Origin: Takakia lepidozioides
Taxonomy: Eukaryota; Plantae; Bryophyta
Assembly: GCA_030704615.1 (NCBI GenBank)
Contig: CM060734.1
Span: forward strand, 12,772,001 to 12,836,000
Reading direction: 5' to 3'
DNA length: 64,000 nt
Numbering within the stretch: position 1 is the stretch's first letter; the number at the start of each line of letters is the position of its first letter. The notes beneath the pieces were generated by a model. The model was not told the origin of the DNA. It worked only from the letters and a program-made list of their open reading frames with translations, and made no database searches. A program made the translations under genes and the position numbers. Shown here piece after piece: positions 26,301 to 37,900 of the stretch.

Positions 26301-29300
26301 CGCACCTCACTTTGGTAAGCTCCCCTTTAAGTCATAGTTACTCGCTTTGATGCGCGCGTCTAACTCCCAAACTGGACGTCGGGCCAACTCGGAGCTTCGG
26401 CTGCTCACCGGGACATAACGGTCCCCATTTGCTCCTCCACAAGACCCTCTCTCAATTTGGGCCTAGTGGAAATTCCCTTTGGTTGTTGGCAGTCCGGAAC
26501 AGCTCCCCACACCTTGGTCGCTTTCCGGATCTTCCTTTGGAGCACCGTCTCGCCCCTATACACCAACATGAGCTGCTGTTTTCTACTTAAAGAATCAGCA
26601 ACCACATTGTCCCATCCCGGTTTATACTGGATATGCACGTCGAACACTACCAAACTGTCTTGCCACCTAAGTTGTTTTGGGGACAACTTAGGCTGTGTGG
26701 CAAAATACTTCACCGTGACATTGTCCGTGAACACCGTCACCGGGTTCGACCCAACATAGTGGCGCCAAAGCTCAAGGCAATGCACCACCGCCTTCATCTC
26801 TTTCTCGTGCGTTGGCCACCGTCGCTCCACTTCATTCAGTTTCTTACTTTCGTAAGCCACTGGACGTTCATCCTGCATGAGCACACCCCCAATTGCGAAG
26901 TCCGACGCATCTGTATGAATCTCAAATGGACGGTCGAACTCTGGGATTTTCAAGACTGGAGCTTCCGCCATCCGCTGCTTCAACTCGGCACACAAAAGGT
27001 GTTCCATACCCATACTTTAGATTGACACAAAAGGTCTTACAACGGCCCCGCGATCTTGGCAAAATTTCTCACATACTTTCGGTAATAGGAGGCGAGTTCT
27101 AGGAAGGATTGCACTCCCGGGACCGAAGTCGAAGGCTCCCAGTCCAAGATCGCCCTCACCTTTCTGTCATCCATTTTGATCTCATCTTGTGTAATCACAT
27201 GCCCTACGAACTCCACTTTTGTGACCCCGAATTCGCACTTTGAAGCTACAACTTCCCTTCCCTTTCTGGAACACCCTTTTGAGGTGCTCCAGGTGCTCTT
27301 TCTTTGTTTTTGAGTACACCAAGATGTCGTTGATGTACACGATCACAAAGTCATCCAACCACTCCTAGAAAAGGCTGTTCATTAGCGTGCTAAAGGTCGC
27401 GGGTGCGTTGGTAAGCCCAAAAGGCATCACCAAGAACTCATACGAACCATATCTGGTCCAGCACGCGGTCTTCTCCTCATCTCCTTCCGCCACTCGGATT
27501 TGATGGTAGCCGGAGCGCAAATTGATCTGGCTGAAATACTTCACTCCTGCCAACCGATCGAAGAGGTCGTCGATCCTTGGCAAAGGGTACCGGTTCTTGA
27601 TAGTCACCTTATTTAGAGCCCTATAATTGACACACATCCGCAGCGTCCCATCCTTCTTGTCTGCGAATAGCACCGGGGCTCCGTAAGGTGACTTACTCGG
27701 CCGGATGTACCCTTTTGACATTAGATCCTTGAGCTGAGCCTTCAGCTCGACCAACTCTTTGTGGCTCAACCGGTAGGGCGCCTTGGCAGGCGGCTCTGAT
27801 CCCGGTATCACCTCAATCTTGTGGTCAACTCCTCTTCGCGGTGGCAAGCCGCTTGGTAAATCCTCCGACATTTCTCCAAAATCCCCTTGATCCAATCTGG
27901 GCTCGGCTCCCTAATACCTTCTCCCTTCACTTGTCTGACGTAAAACAAAAACTGGGGCTCGTGTGGCTTCTCCACGGCCCACTCCTTTGCTGTCAGCAGG
28001 TTTATTCGCCCTCCCACTGGGTTAGGCGTTTCCGACACTCGTAAAACTTCGCCACCATTCCCACACGGCAGCGTGACTACTCTCTTGCGGCCATCTATGA
28101 CCGCTCCTGATTTGCTCAAAAAGGTCATCCCCAAAATGTGATCCACTCCATCGATCTCGCAAATGGTGAAGTTCTCACGTCCCTCCCAACTCCCCAGCTG
28201 AAGAGGAACATCGAACGCCAACCTTGTCGCCAGTTGTGGCTCTCCTTTGGTAGAACGCACTTCAATAGAGGCCCCCACATCACTTGTCGGGAGCCCCAGC
28301 TTTCGTGCCGTTGCCGGTGTCATGAAGGAGTGCGACGCTCCTGTGTCCACCAACAACGACACGTTAGTTCTGGAAATCATCCCACTAACGAACATTAACT
28401 GACTCCCTTTACGCAAAGGGCCAGTCTCCTGATACAACTCACAAGAGTAGTTGCCTACCTTGCAAGTCTTGGCATCCACCGCTTCCACCAAGCGGCTGAT
28501 GGAATCTTCGGACAGCTCTGTGGTTGCCCGAGTCATGTTCAATTGTCGGGGTTTTGCGCATTTCTTGGCCATGTGCCTGGGCTCCCCGCAATTAAAGCAC
28601 ACTCCATCAAAGGTCGTCTTCTGTCCGCCATAAGCCGTCGCGCCTGATTTTCCTTTCGGAGCACCGGGTGTCGCCTTGACGTGTGAAGGCCCTCCCTTCG
28701 GCTCCAGCATTTCGGCGAACATGTGCGGGTCAATGAGACCAGTTTTCCTCACCCTGTACAACATATGTGCCATGTGGGTATGCACGTAAGCATTTTCAGT
28801 GATCCTGCAAGGCACACTCTCTAGTTCAGTCCAATGAAGCACGACAACAAAACTGATTGGAAACCAAAATGCGGCACCGCATTTCGGATGTGCTTGGGAG
28901 GGTATGAGAATCTTACGAGTTGAGGTCCACCATGGCATTCTTGAGCAGGGAGGAGTCTGCCGCCTTCACCTTGAGGATGACACACTCCATCATGTAATGC
29001 CAGCCAATATGCTTGGCATGGTTCTGCTTGATGTACTCCCACCAGGCAAGAAGTCGGTGATTCCCGTCCCACACAAAAAACATTTTGCCTGACATATGGC
29101 CGAAATCTAGATCACCCTTCAGCATTGTCTCGAATTTGTCGTTGCGAGTGTGCCAGTGGGTATCCCATGCTGACAATTCATCCGCAGTGGGTCCACGAGT
29201 TTCGCTGTCCTCATTCTCAATGGAAACGTAGAAGGCTGGCAAACCTAGACGGTACCCTTCTCGAAATGCAAACTTGAGCTTATCCACATCTCCTCGAAGA

Positions 29301-30370
29301 GCCTGCCTGACAATGGGAAGGGAGACCATACGACAGAGTGGAATTCGAAGAGTCCGCTAGAATACCCTACTGCCCAGAACTCTGCCAATGCTACTGTGTG
29401 TCTCCTCCAACATTGTATCCGCTCTTTGGAATTCCTCCAGAGACATTTCTGCAGGTGGCGGTAGGGGCTGAGCAGCTGGAGCATCCCCAACTGCAGCTGG
29501 AGTCTGGGGAATCTTTGCGGGCAATTCTCGCATTGCAGAGGCCTCCTCCGCACCTGCAGTATTCTGAAGTTCTTCTTCAACGGTGGTGAAGTGGCTGCGA
29601 ATGATGAGCAGTAGCACCCTCCTCCGCTGACAGATCCACGAAATCAGTCGATCCCGTTGCCTTCGCTGCAGTAGAGATGCCCCCAACATCACCTGCCTGG
29701 AAATCAAGCAAGAACTGGGCTTCAGCTCGTGGAATCAGTTTTGCGGGAGACTGCTCCAACCTCCCCCTGTTTGCTTTTTGCTTCTTCATTCTTGCAGGTG
29801 AAGGTGTCTGCTGCATTTGAATCTGCACTGCACCCTTCTGCTTCATTCTCTGGGGGGGGGGGGGGGGAACGGCCTGGTCCGGTTCAGAAACCATTTCAAG
29901 AACGGGCTGCTTCTTCTTCATCTTTGCTGGAGAAGGGCCCGACCCTTGCTAGCGATTCTCCATGACCTTCAAACGCGAGTCTTTCTCGGGGGCTTTGAAC
30001 TGCAAAGACTTGCTTTTCCAAACCGTGTCCTTGAAACGCACAGGGCTAGGCCCGACAGGAAGACTCGTGCTCGTGGATCGGCTGGGTGTGCGTGCTACAG
30101 CTACCTCCATGGATTCTTCCTGCGGCTCTTCGGATTCCTGCGATCCCTCCACCACCTCCACCTTTTGAGTCAGGCATGCAAACATCTTTTGCATTCAAGT
30201 GTCCTATCATACAGTCTAAGAATTGCACAACAAAAATGAGGGAGGGTTTCGGTGCTCGATCAGCTGCGCGCATCCCGATAGCACGGAGCTCTCACTAGTG
30301 GCTGGGTTGCCTGCTGCTGCAAGATGACCATCTCCTCCTAAAGACGCATCTGCTTCCTCCCCTTTGGCAT
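23335..30370 (-). pseudogene. Spliced ParB/Srx-like domain + beta-class N4/N6 DNA methyltransferase-like fusion gene, copy A
   Basis: IPLCRM..VR..KL..GY..FYVS..VWDGNHRLLAW (DGNHR 29054-29068); DMIILDIPD (24689-24700); PAFIQTIMEACT..GRVLDLICGTG|ASMWA..HLF across GT-AG intron 23980-24081; stops and a Gypsy insertion; start approximate. Confidence 0.8.
26296..28700 (-). mobile_element. Ty3/Gypsy copy 2 (partial 3' LTR fused to RNase H region; integrase and 5' end deleted)
   Basis: LTR end 26296-26528 joined to pol at TTCCGG; RT, protease and knuckle closely similar to copy 1; similarity ends at 28700. Confidence 0.93.
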
Positions 30371-30759
30371 TGGCCTACGTTTGAAGTACAACTTGCAGAG
30401 CTTGCGACGATGTCTCTTCTTAGGTGCAAGAACTTCCTTCCTCTCAGGTTGGAGCATAAGAAGAACACAGACACGGAAAAGGGGCGAAGAGTGCAGATGG
30501 AAAGGGCGCGAGAGGGGTGAACGAGTAGACACGACAAAAGAAGATGAAACGGCGATGATGCACCACTTGGGTTCAAAATGCTGGGATGGAAGTGTCTCCT
30601 CGTGGACTATGCGTCATTACGAAATTCGAATCGTCAAAGGTACACCTGCCGTCCGCAAAACAAACATCATTAACCAACGGTCAGGCCGCGCCGCCTCCTG
30701 CCACTTCAACCAGCATGAGTGGAGACATCCAAATGCGGTGCCGCAATTCCGTTGGTCCA

Positions 30760-32215
30760 CGTGTTCACATATCATGGCATTTCCGTCCCAGCGTCTGATG
30801 AGTTAGTGTGAAAACGGAAATGCGGCGCAACATTTCTGTTCTGGAAAGTCAGAAGGTACAACTTGGACGGAAATGCATTGCTGCATTTCAGTTGCAGTGT
30901 TTCATGATTTACAATGAGAACGGAAATGCGGTACCGCATTTCCAATCCACTATTACATACCTTACTTGTTGAACAGAAATGCGGCACCGTATTTCCGTTC
31001 TGGAGAGTATAAAGGTTTCCCCCGGACGGAAATGCGGTGCCGCATTTCCGTCCCACTACTGCATGCATGAGATACAAAACGGAAATACGGCGCCACATTT
31101 CCGTCCCACTACTGCATGCATGAGATACAAAACGGAAATACGGCGCCACATTTCCGTTCTGGAAAGTCCGAAGGTACGACTCAGACGGAAATGCGGTGCC
31201 GCATTTTAGTTGCAGTGTTTCATGATTTTCAATCACAATTAAAATGCGGTACCGCATTTTCGTTCCACTGTCACATACCTTACTCGTTGGACGGAAATGC
31301 GGCACCGCATTTCCGTTCTGGAGAGTATAAAGGTTTCCCCCGGACAGAAATGCGGTGCCGCATTTCCGTCCCACTGCTGCATGCCTGAGATACAAAACGG
31401 AAATGCGGCGCCGCATTTCCGTTCTGGAAAGTCTGAAGGTATGATTTGGACGGAAATGCGGTACCGCATTTCCGTTCCACTATCACATACCTTATTTGTT
31501 GGACGGAAATGCGCCACCGCATTTCCGTTCTGGAGAGTATAAAGGTTTTCCCCGGACAGAAATGTGGCCCGCATTTTTGTCGCACTGTTGTATGCCTGAG
31601 ATGCAAAACGGAAATGCGGCGCCACATTTCCGTCCGAGTTGTAATACCTGACATGTTGGACGGAAATGCGGTGCCGCATTTCCATTCTGGAAAGTAGAAA
31701 GGAATCCCCTGGACGGTAATGCGGTGCCGCATTTCCGTTCCACTGTTACAGGCGTTGCATGTTGGACGGAAACGAGTAACCGCATTCCCGTTCTTGAAAA
31801 TACAAAGGTTCACCTCAGACGGAAATGCGGTGCCGCATTTCCGTCCAACAGCAATCGAAAGTAGCACACTGGACGGAAGTACAGAACCTCATTTCCGTCC
31901 TCTGAATTCCATTGAAAGAGCCCGGACGGAAATGCGGCACCGCATTTCCGTTCCTGCCTATCCAATGTGTCCCAGTCGATGAAAATGCGCTGTCGCTATT
32001 CTTTTCTACCGTGTCTTCCTAGTCCCACTCGACCGAAATGTGATACCGCATTTCCGTTCCACCATTTGCCTGCTTGTACAGTGGACTGAAATGTGGTACC
32101 GCATTTTCGTTGCACCAGTAGTTTGGTTTCCCCGTTGACGGAAATGCGGTGCCGCATTTCCGATCACAATCAGCGAAAGGATGATGTCGAACTGGAATGC
32201 GGGACCGCATTCTTG
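30760..32215. repeat. 53-bp-period array of the palindrome ACGGAAATGCGGNNCCGCATTTCCGT between the divergent genes of copy A
   Basis: Core starts at 30818, 30871, 30924, 30977 ... 32142, 32195 (27 units, spacing 52-54 bp). Confidence 0.95.
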
Positions 32216-32314
32216 TTTAGCCATGTGCAATGGGATGCATAGTTCCAAAACAACACAATTGCGGCCTTTCTTAATGAGCACAACTTGGTTGTTTAACCGT
32301 TTTAACTAACAGTC

Positions 32315-34100
32315 ATGGCACTTGTCAGTGCAACGTTCATGTCTACACCGAGAATACTGGTGGATCCACCCTCAGGAGAAACTGTTAGGAGATGTTATTT
32401 CGTCGCCGAATTGGCCATCATTGTCATACTTACTGGATATGGAATCACACCTCCCACCTTCATACATGTAGCTTGAAACATTATTTTCCACTTCAATGTG
32501 CAACTTCCAATCGTCGATGGCCTCCGCAGATCCAATTACGTGGTGTGTGTGAGCCTTGGTCTGTCGCTATAGTGAACCTCGCACTTGCCAACTTCGTGCG
32601 GAGTTCGATGGCTCCGAATTCCTACGCTATAGTTTGTTGTCCTCCGCAACTTGGGAGAGCCTGGATCCCAAACGAGGAGGACTTTGCAGAGTGACTGAAA
32701 TTTACCTTCGTTCAAAATTCAAGCTCAAACCGGGCACAGTTTATTTGGAAGAAGAAAGGAAGGATGTTCCTAGACAGGTTGACGAGACCATTGTCGTGCT
32801 AGGTAACGACGGAGGTTGCGGAATCGAATGGCACGTACCCCCATCAGACACCATCTTGTACTGAGTTATGGGAATGCCCATTCCATTTCCGAATCAGTCG
32901 CTTCCGACACCATCCACAAAGGAGTCGGGAAACCGACAGGCGGCCACTGCCAACAGAGAGGTATGCAACGATAATCATTCCCGACCTGGACCGTCAAGAC
33001 CCTCCATAGCTTCTCGTGTGGAGATATTCGACATTTCCGACGAGGAAGATGAGTGCATTGAGGTCCCCATGTCCTCCACACGGTCGTTCAAATCCGACAT
33101 GGACGTCTTTGCAGGTGCTACGCATGTACCCTCGAGCATAACTCCAACCCGGTCCATTGTGCAGCTCCTATGACAACATCACCTCGATGGTTCTCGCTCT
33201 GAGCTGGCTACTCTCGACTATGCCAAATTTCCAGTCAGGGAGGTAACGTATTTGCCTCCCGAAGTCGATGGCAATGTCATCTTCGAGTTTCCACCTGTTA
33301 TTTCGTCAAACAAAGCCTCAGGGATGTTAACAGACATGGATCGAAAGCATGACGGACACCCCTGGTGTGTGACGAAGACCAGTAGCATGAAAATTGCTGA
33401 TGGTGTTTGTGTACAATACGTCCTATGTGCGGGGAAGCTGAGGTGCCTCAATCCCGCCTGCTTCCACTTTCTCTCCAAAGGAGGGCGGAGAAACGAGACG
33501 GATTGGACTGGCACAACCCATCATCCATTCATTGTCTCCAGCCAAGCTCTGGCGGGTACTTTCAAGTGCGCACATTGCAAAGAACCACCGACGTGCATGT
33601 CCATGTGCAGAGCCAAGCAATATTATGTAATCCATTTGCTCCCGGACTTGACTAGAGCTTGCATACACGTTGGGGTCCATTGCCACCCCTTGGCGAGAGG
33701 CAATATCCGGGAGGCTGTGCAGGAAGCACACGACATCATAAAAGAGGAGGTGAAATTGAGCCCCGGAGCCAGACTAGAGCAGATTCAGCTCAAGGCAGCC
33801 CACAAGATTGCTCTTGGCAAAATCATGTCTGAAGATGGTTCAGACCGAGTGCCCTTGAACGAAGAGGAGATGCTTGACCTGTTGGAGTCCGTCTCGCACG
33901 TTTGTAGTCCGAATGTGCGGAATCACATTGTATCTTGCAAGCAGGAGTTCGGACGGGGGTCGGACATGCACTCAATCCTAGAGGTGAAACGAAGGATTGG
34001 ATATGACTACATCCAAGGTAGCAGGTTTCCAGGGCAAGGCGGCGAATCCGATCGTTGCTACATTTTTAAAATGTCAACGTGTGGGCCTGGGAGTGGAGTC
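32315..34100 (+). pseudogene. Mutator-like transposase, N-terminal half with GCM-like zinc DNA-binding domain, copy A
   Basis: DGHPWC..CAGKLRCLNPAC..CAHC..CRAKQYY..IHVGVHCHP; ends at FKMSTCGPGSGV where an LTR fragment begins; start approximate. Confidence 0.82.
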
Positions 34101-34170
34101 GGGGCTGCCCCTGTGGTGGGGGCAGTGGCAACAATAGATGCGGGGGCTGAAGCACCCTTGAGTGCCCAGG
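34101..34170 (+). repeat. Gypsy LTR fragment in opposite orientation to Gypsy copy 1
   Basis: ggggctgcccctgtggtgggggcagtggcaacaatagatg..ctgaagcacccttgagtgccca matches the reverse complement of ~18670-18738. Confidence 0.88.
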
Positions 34171-34404
34171 GATGCCTCGGCGTGAGCCTGGTCGCGTCAG
34201 CGCAACTGCGCAACTGCGCTCACGCCACGTCACCTTGCGCCAATGCCACATCACGGGGCTCACTCCACGTCATCACACTTGAAGACCGCGTCACCACGCG
34301 CCCCAGGAAGAAGTGGAGTGTATTCCCGCGGATTGGCACCCTTTACCGCGGAAACAATCTGGACGACATAATAAAAGGCAGTGGTCATTCCCACCTGAAA
34401 GCAA

Positions 34405-34765
34405 CAGATGAATAAAGGATGGATGAATGTAGAGTTGGATGATAAACAGATGGATGAGTGTGAAAAATGAATGTAGATGGATGAATGAGGGATGGATAAG
34501 AGTCAAATGGATGAATGTATAATGGATGTTGAGCAATGGAAAACATTCATGACAGGAAGATGCATGACTAAAACTTTAGACGAATGCACAATGTATATGA
34601 CATGAGTGTGGTAGGTTTGTGGGGTGGATTAAAGAGTACGGAGGATGAATGTACAATGGATGTTGAACAAAGGAAAACATTCATGAATGGAGCACGCATG
34701 AATACACTGTAGATGAAAGCACAATGGATATGACAAGAGTGAGGGAGGTTTGTGAGATGGATTCA
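34405..34765. repeat. GGATGAATG-rich degenerate tandem repeat (~130 bp higher-order unit)
   Basis: ggatgaatgta.aatggatgttga...ggaaaacattcatga occurs twice. Confidence 0.7.
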
Positions 34766-34941
34766 TACATATTGCAATTTAAATGGTAGTTGATTCTTTG
34801 ATTATTTTTCTTTCCAAACAACTACGGTGGAGGAAGGGGATTCAACGTTTTCCAAAGAGGATGAAACAGAATATTAAAATAACATAGTTTAGTCTGACTC
34901 AGAGTCAGTACAATGTATCCCCGCTTCCTCTGCATCTAAGT

Positions 34942-37900
34942 CTAAGTATTTAAAAACTCCGGATCTACGCTGGCTACACCTACGGCGGGCAGTAAAAATT
35001 CAGGGGATAGGGACTCGGCCGCGTGAAGTGCCATTGCTTCGGCATAATCAGGAAGCAGAAAATTGGAAAGGGGGCTGTCAAAAATAGACTCGCCACAAAT
35101 GACTGTATCTCCTGAAGATCCACCACTGCCTTTCCTGAAAGACAACCTGAAAAAGTTATTACTGTAACTTTGATGTTATTGAGAAATTGAGTATGACTCC
35201 CAAAGTGGGTTTAGCACTTACTCACATGAAAAGTCGTTGTCGACCTGCTTATCTTCGGGATCGTCATCATTTTGAATTTGAATCCGATCAGTCTGTGTGC
35301 CTGAAGTGGAGCTAGACAAAAGGGGGAGGAGCACTATATTGTAGAGGTTAGAATCACCCTCCATGCCAAAAAGGCTTCTTCCGCCTGCCTTGCATGCATG
35401 GTAAGTTGCTCCTGCACCAGACATGAGGACATGAACAGTTTGGTGGGGGGATTTAAGCAGATGGAACTGGTGAAAGAAAATCAATTCGGAAGGGAGAGAA
35501 CGAACCTGTGGACACAGAAAGATCGACCACCCGTGCAGAGTGGTGGCTGCATGACTCCAGCAGTATTTGCATGAACGCTAGGGATTTTTCCTTTGCACCT
35601 CTCCAGGGAGTGCCATCTGGTCTCTTCAGAGTCTCATTGGACTGCATGAAGTTGTACAAATGTCATCGACTTGCGGCTCATAGGGGGGGTTGACGAAACA
35701 ACTTGATCAGAAATCTCAAAGCTGCGGATGGAGGATGGTGTCTTTGAGGTGCGAATCCTCCGCAGGCAGATCGCCTTGAATATCCTCGTCTGCCAAAGAT
35801 AGCAGGTTAGTGTGGTAAACACAATCTATAGTGGAAGTGTGTACATCGGCTATTCAGAACTCAGACATAAAACAATCATTTTTATCACGAATCGGTGATG
35901 ATCGGTGTCGATCATGACAGATTCTTCTAGAGTGGAGCTGCAGAGAACATTGAAACTCATCATAAGAGCACAAGCAGAAGAGAGACGGCATACTAGCTGA
36001 CCAGGGAAACCCCCTTTCACAAGGTAGAGGCTGTTCACACAATTCCATGTGTGCAAAACTTCAAACCCTGAAGACTTCAGGTATGATGTCAATGCCCGAC
36101 GACTATCTTTGTCACATGATTGAAAAAACAGAAGTGTCCCTGCATCAGAGAGGAAATTATTACAGAACCCGAACACCCAACTCCAGTAGTTGTCCTCGAA
36201 TTTGTTCCAACCTGGCGTCTTGCCCTTTGGAAGAACTTCTGGCACAGCCTGGCCATCCGGGATGTCGAGAATGACAATGTCAGCCGCATATGTTTTCTGC
36301 ACACCGCACACGAAGGTGGGACCAGTGCTCATCTGCAACATACATGTTTATTTTAAGAACGATGGCAAGAATGTTTTTAAAGAACCAGACTGAAATACTG
36401 CCAATGAAACTTTCAGAGAAAAAAGAAAGAAACTAGAATTCTCACCAGATTGAGGAATGAGATTATGTTGTCCCAGGTAGGCGAAGGCACCCCAGTGTAT
36501 CCTCTCTTTCGACTCTGCATCATCGCCAGCCAACCCTCATTGACAATTTTAATCTCTCCCGCCGAATCAGAACGGGAAGGGTGTGGCTTGGCATCAAACA
36601 CGCACTGAACTGTGCGGGTATATCTTCCAGCAGTGAAGTCCTGCCCACTCTCCATCTCCTATTCTTTCTCTTTCCCCTTATCCTTTTCCTTCTCTTTGGA
36701 CTTGTCTTTGTCCTTTGGCTTTGCTGGTGAGATGGCTCTGACATCAAGAGCCTTGTCTTTTGGTTTGCAGCCCGCCTTCTTTCCCTTCTGCGGCGTTCCC
36801 TGAGCATCAGGCTCCTTGGCAGCCAATGTTGTTATGTTTCTTTGGTATTGCTCGTCAGTCAGAGGCGCCAGCATCTCAGCATTATTGTTCAAATATTTCA
36901 TGTGATGTTCTTGAAAGGTCGTGTGCTCCGGTGGGCAGTCAAGGTACCAGCCACAGTCTCTAAAGTGAGAAGGACTCCAGTCCTTCAATATCCTTGCCGT
37001 ATACATGGTTGGATCGTTTGCAGGGTCCGACCACATGTCAAGATAGTCTGGAATACCGCTCAGGTGATTTCCTTCCATAAGCACATTTCGTGTACATGTT
37101 AACATGAGATAAATCCCAACCCACCAAAGCGCGAAGTGAGTAAGATGCAAGTAGCATAGAATGAAAAAAACATGGAATGAAATGGCTCTGAGAACTGCTC
37201 CAAGGACCTTTCAGGACCACGCGACAACTCCGGATGTGAATGTCGTCAACGCCATTCAAAAAATTCCATTCAATGATACTGCAAATACACCCTAATCCAC
37301 GTGAATGCAAACTCTCGCTTTGGAATGACACAGACATAAAAGTGAATGTCATCAACGGCATTCACTTTGGATTTGTGAATACACTGCTAATCAAGCCTAA
37401 TGATTTCTCAAAAGAGGCAAAATCATTGGATGGAAACTGAATGTCGGCAACGACATTCAGAAACTCGAGTAAGGAACCCTCCCTAAAAACTCAATGGACA
37501 TTCAAAACGAACATAACACTGAGGACCTCATAATAACACTGGATGTGAATGGCGTCAACGCCATTCACAAAATTCCGAACAAGGAACCAATAAATACACC
37601 CTAAGCTCCTAATCCATGTAAATTCAAATTGTCGCTGGTGAATGATACAGACATAGAAGTGAATGTCGACAACGACATTCACTTTGGATCTCTGATAACA
37701 TAGCTAATCAAGCCTCAAGATTTCTCGCAAGAGGCAAAAGCATTGCAGAACAACTGAATGTCTGCATTGACATTCAGCAAACTGGAGTGAGGAACCCTCA
37801 CTGTAAACTCTATGGACATTATAAAAACTTACATAACTCTGAGGACCCTCTAACAACTCTGGATGTGAATGTCGTCAACGCCATTCAGGGACATTATCAA

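Larger units (their letters stand above)
15850..34170. mobile_element. Mutator-like DNA transposon copy A (rearranged, with two nested Gypsy insertions)
   Basis: Transposase halves, ParB-MTase cargo gene and a shared palindromic motif AAATGCGGNNCCGCATTT from 15864 to 32212; termini not defined. Confidence 0.7.

Noticed and set aside
27808-28938. 376-aa ORF as a single gene
   Set aside because: Chance in-frame fusion of a cargo-gene intron and exon with Gypsy gag-protease at the 28700 deletion junction
30760-32215. CRISPR array (palindromic repeats with regular spacers)
   Set aside because: Spacers recur in higher-order repeats (tctggagagtataaaggttt three times), repeats are degenerate, no cas genes are present, and the context is eukaryotic
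30772-32281. Long ORFs (RKCGTAFP / EMRHRIS repeats) over the array
   Set aside because: By-products of a stop-poor palindromic repeat that is open in many frames on both strands
15700-34360. TIR pair for element A (ggca..accgcggaa at ~15715 minus and ~34335)
   Set aside because: Only about 13 matching bases and no 8-10 bp TSD found; termini left undefined
34101-34415. C-terminal part of ORF 33252-34415 as transposase
   Set aside because: Reads through an LTR fragment and unrelated sequence; homology with copy B stops at GPGSGV
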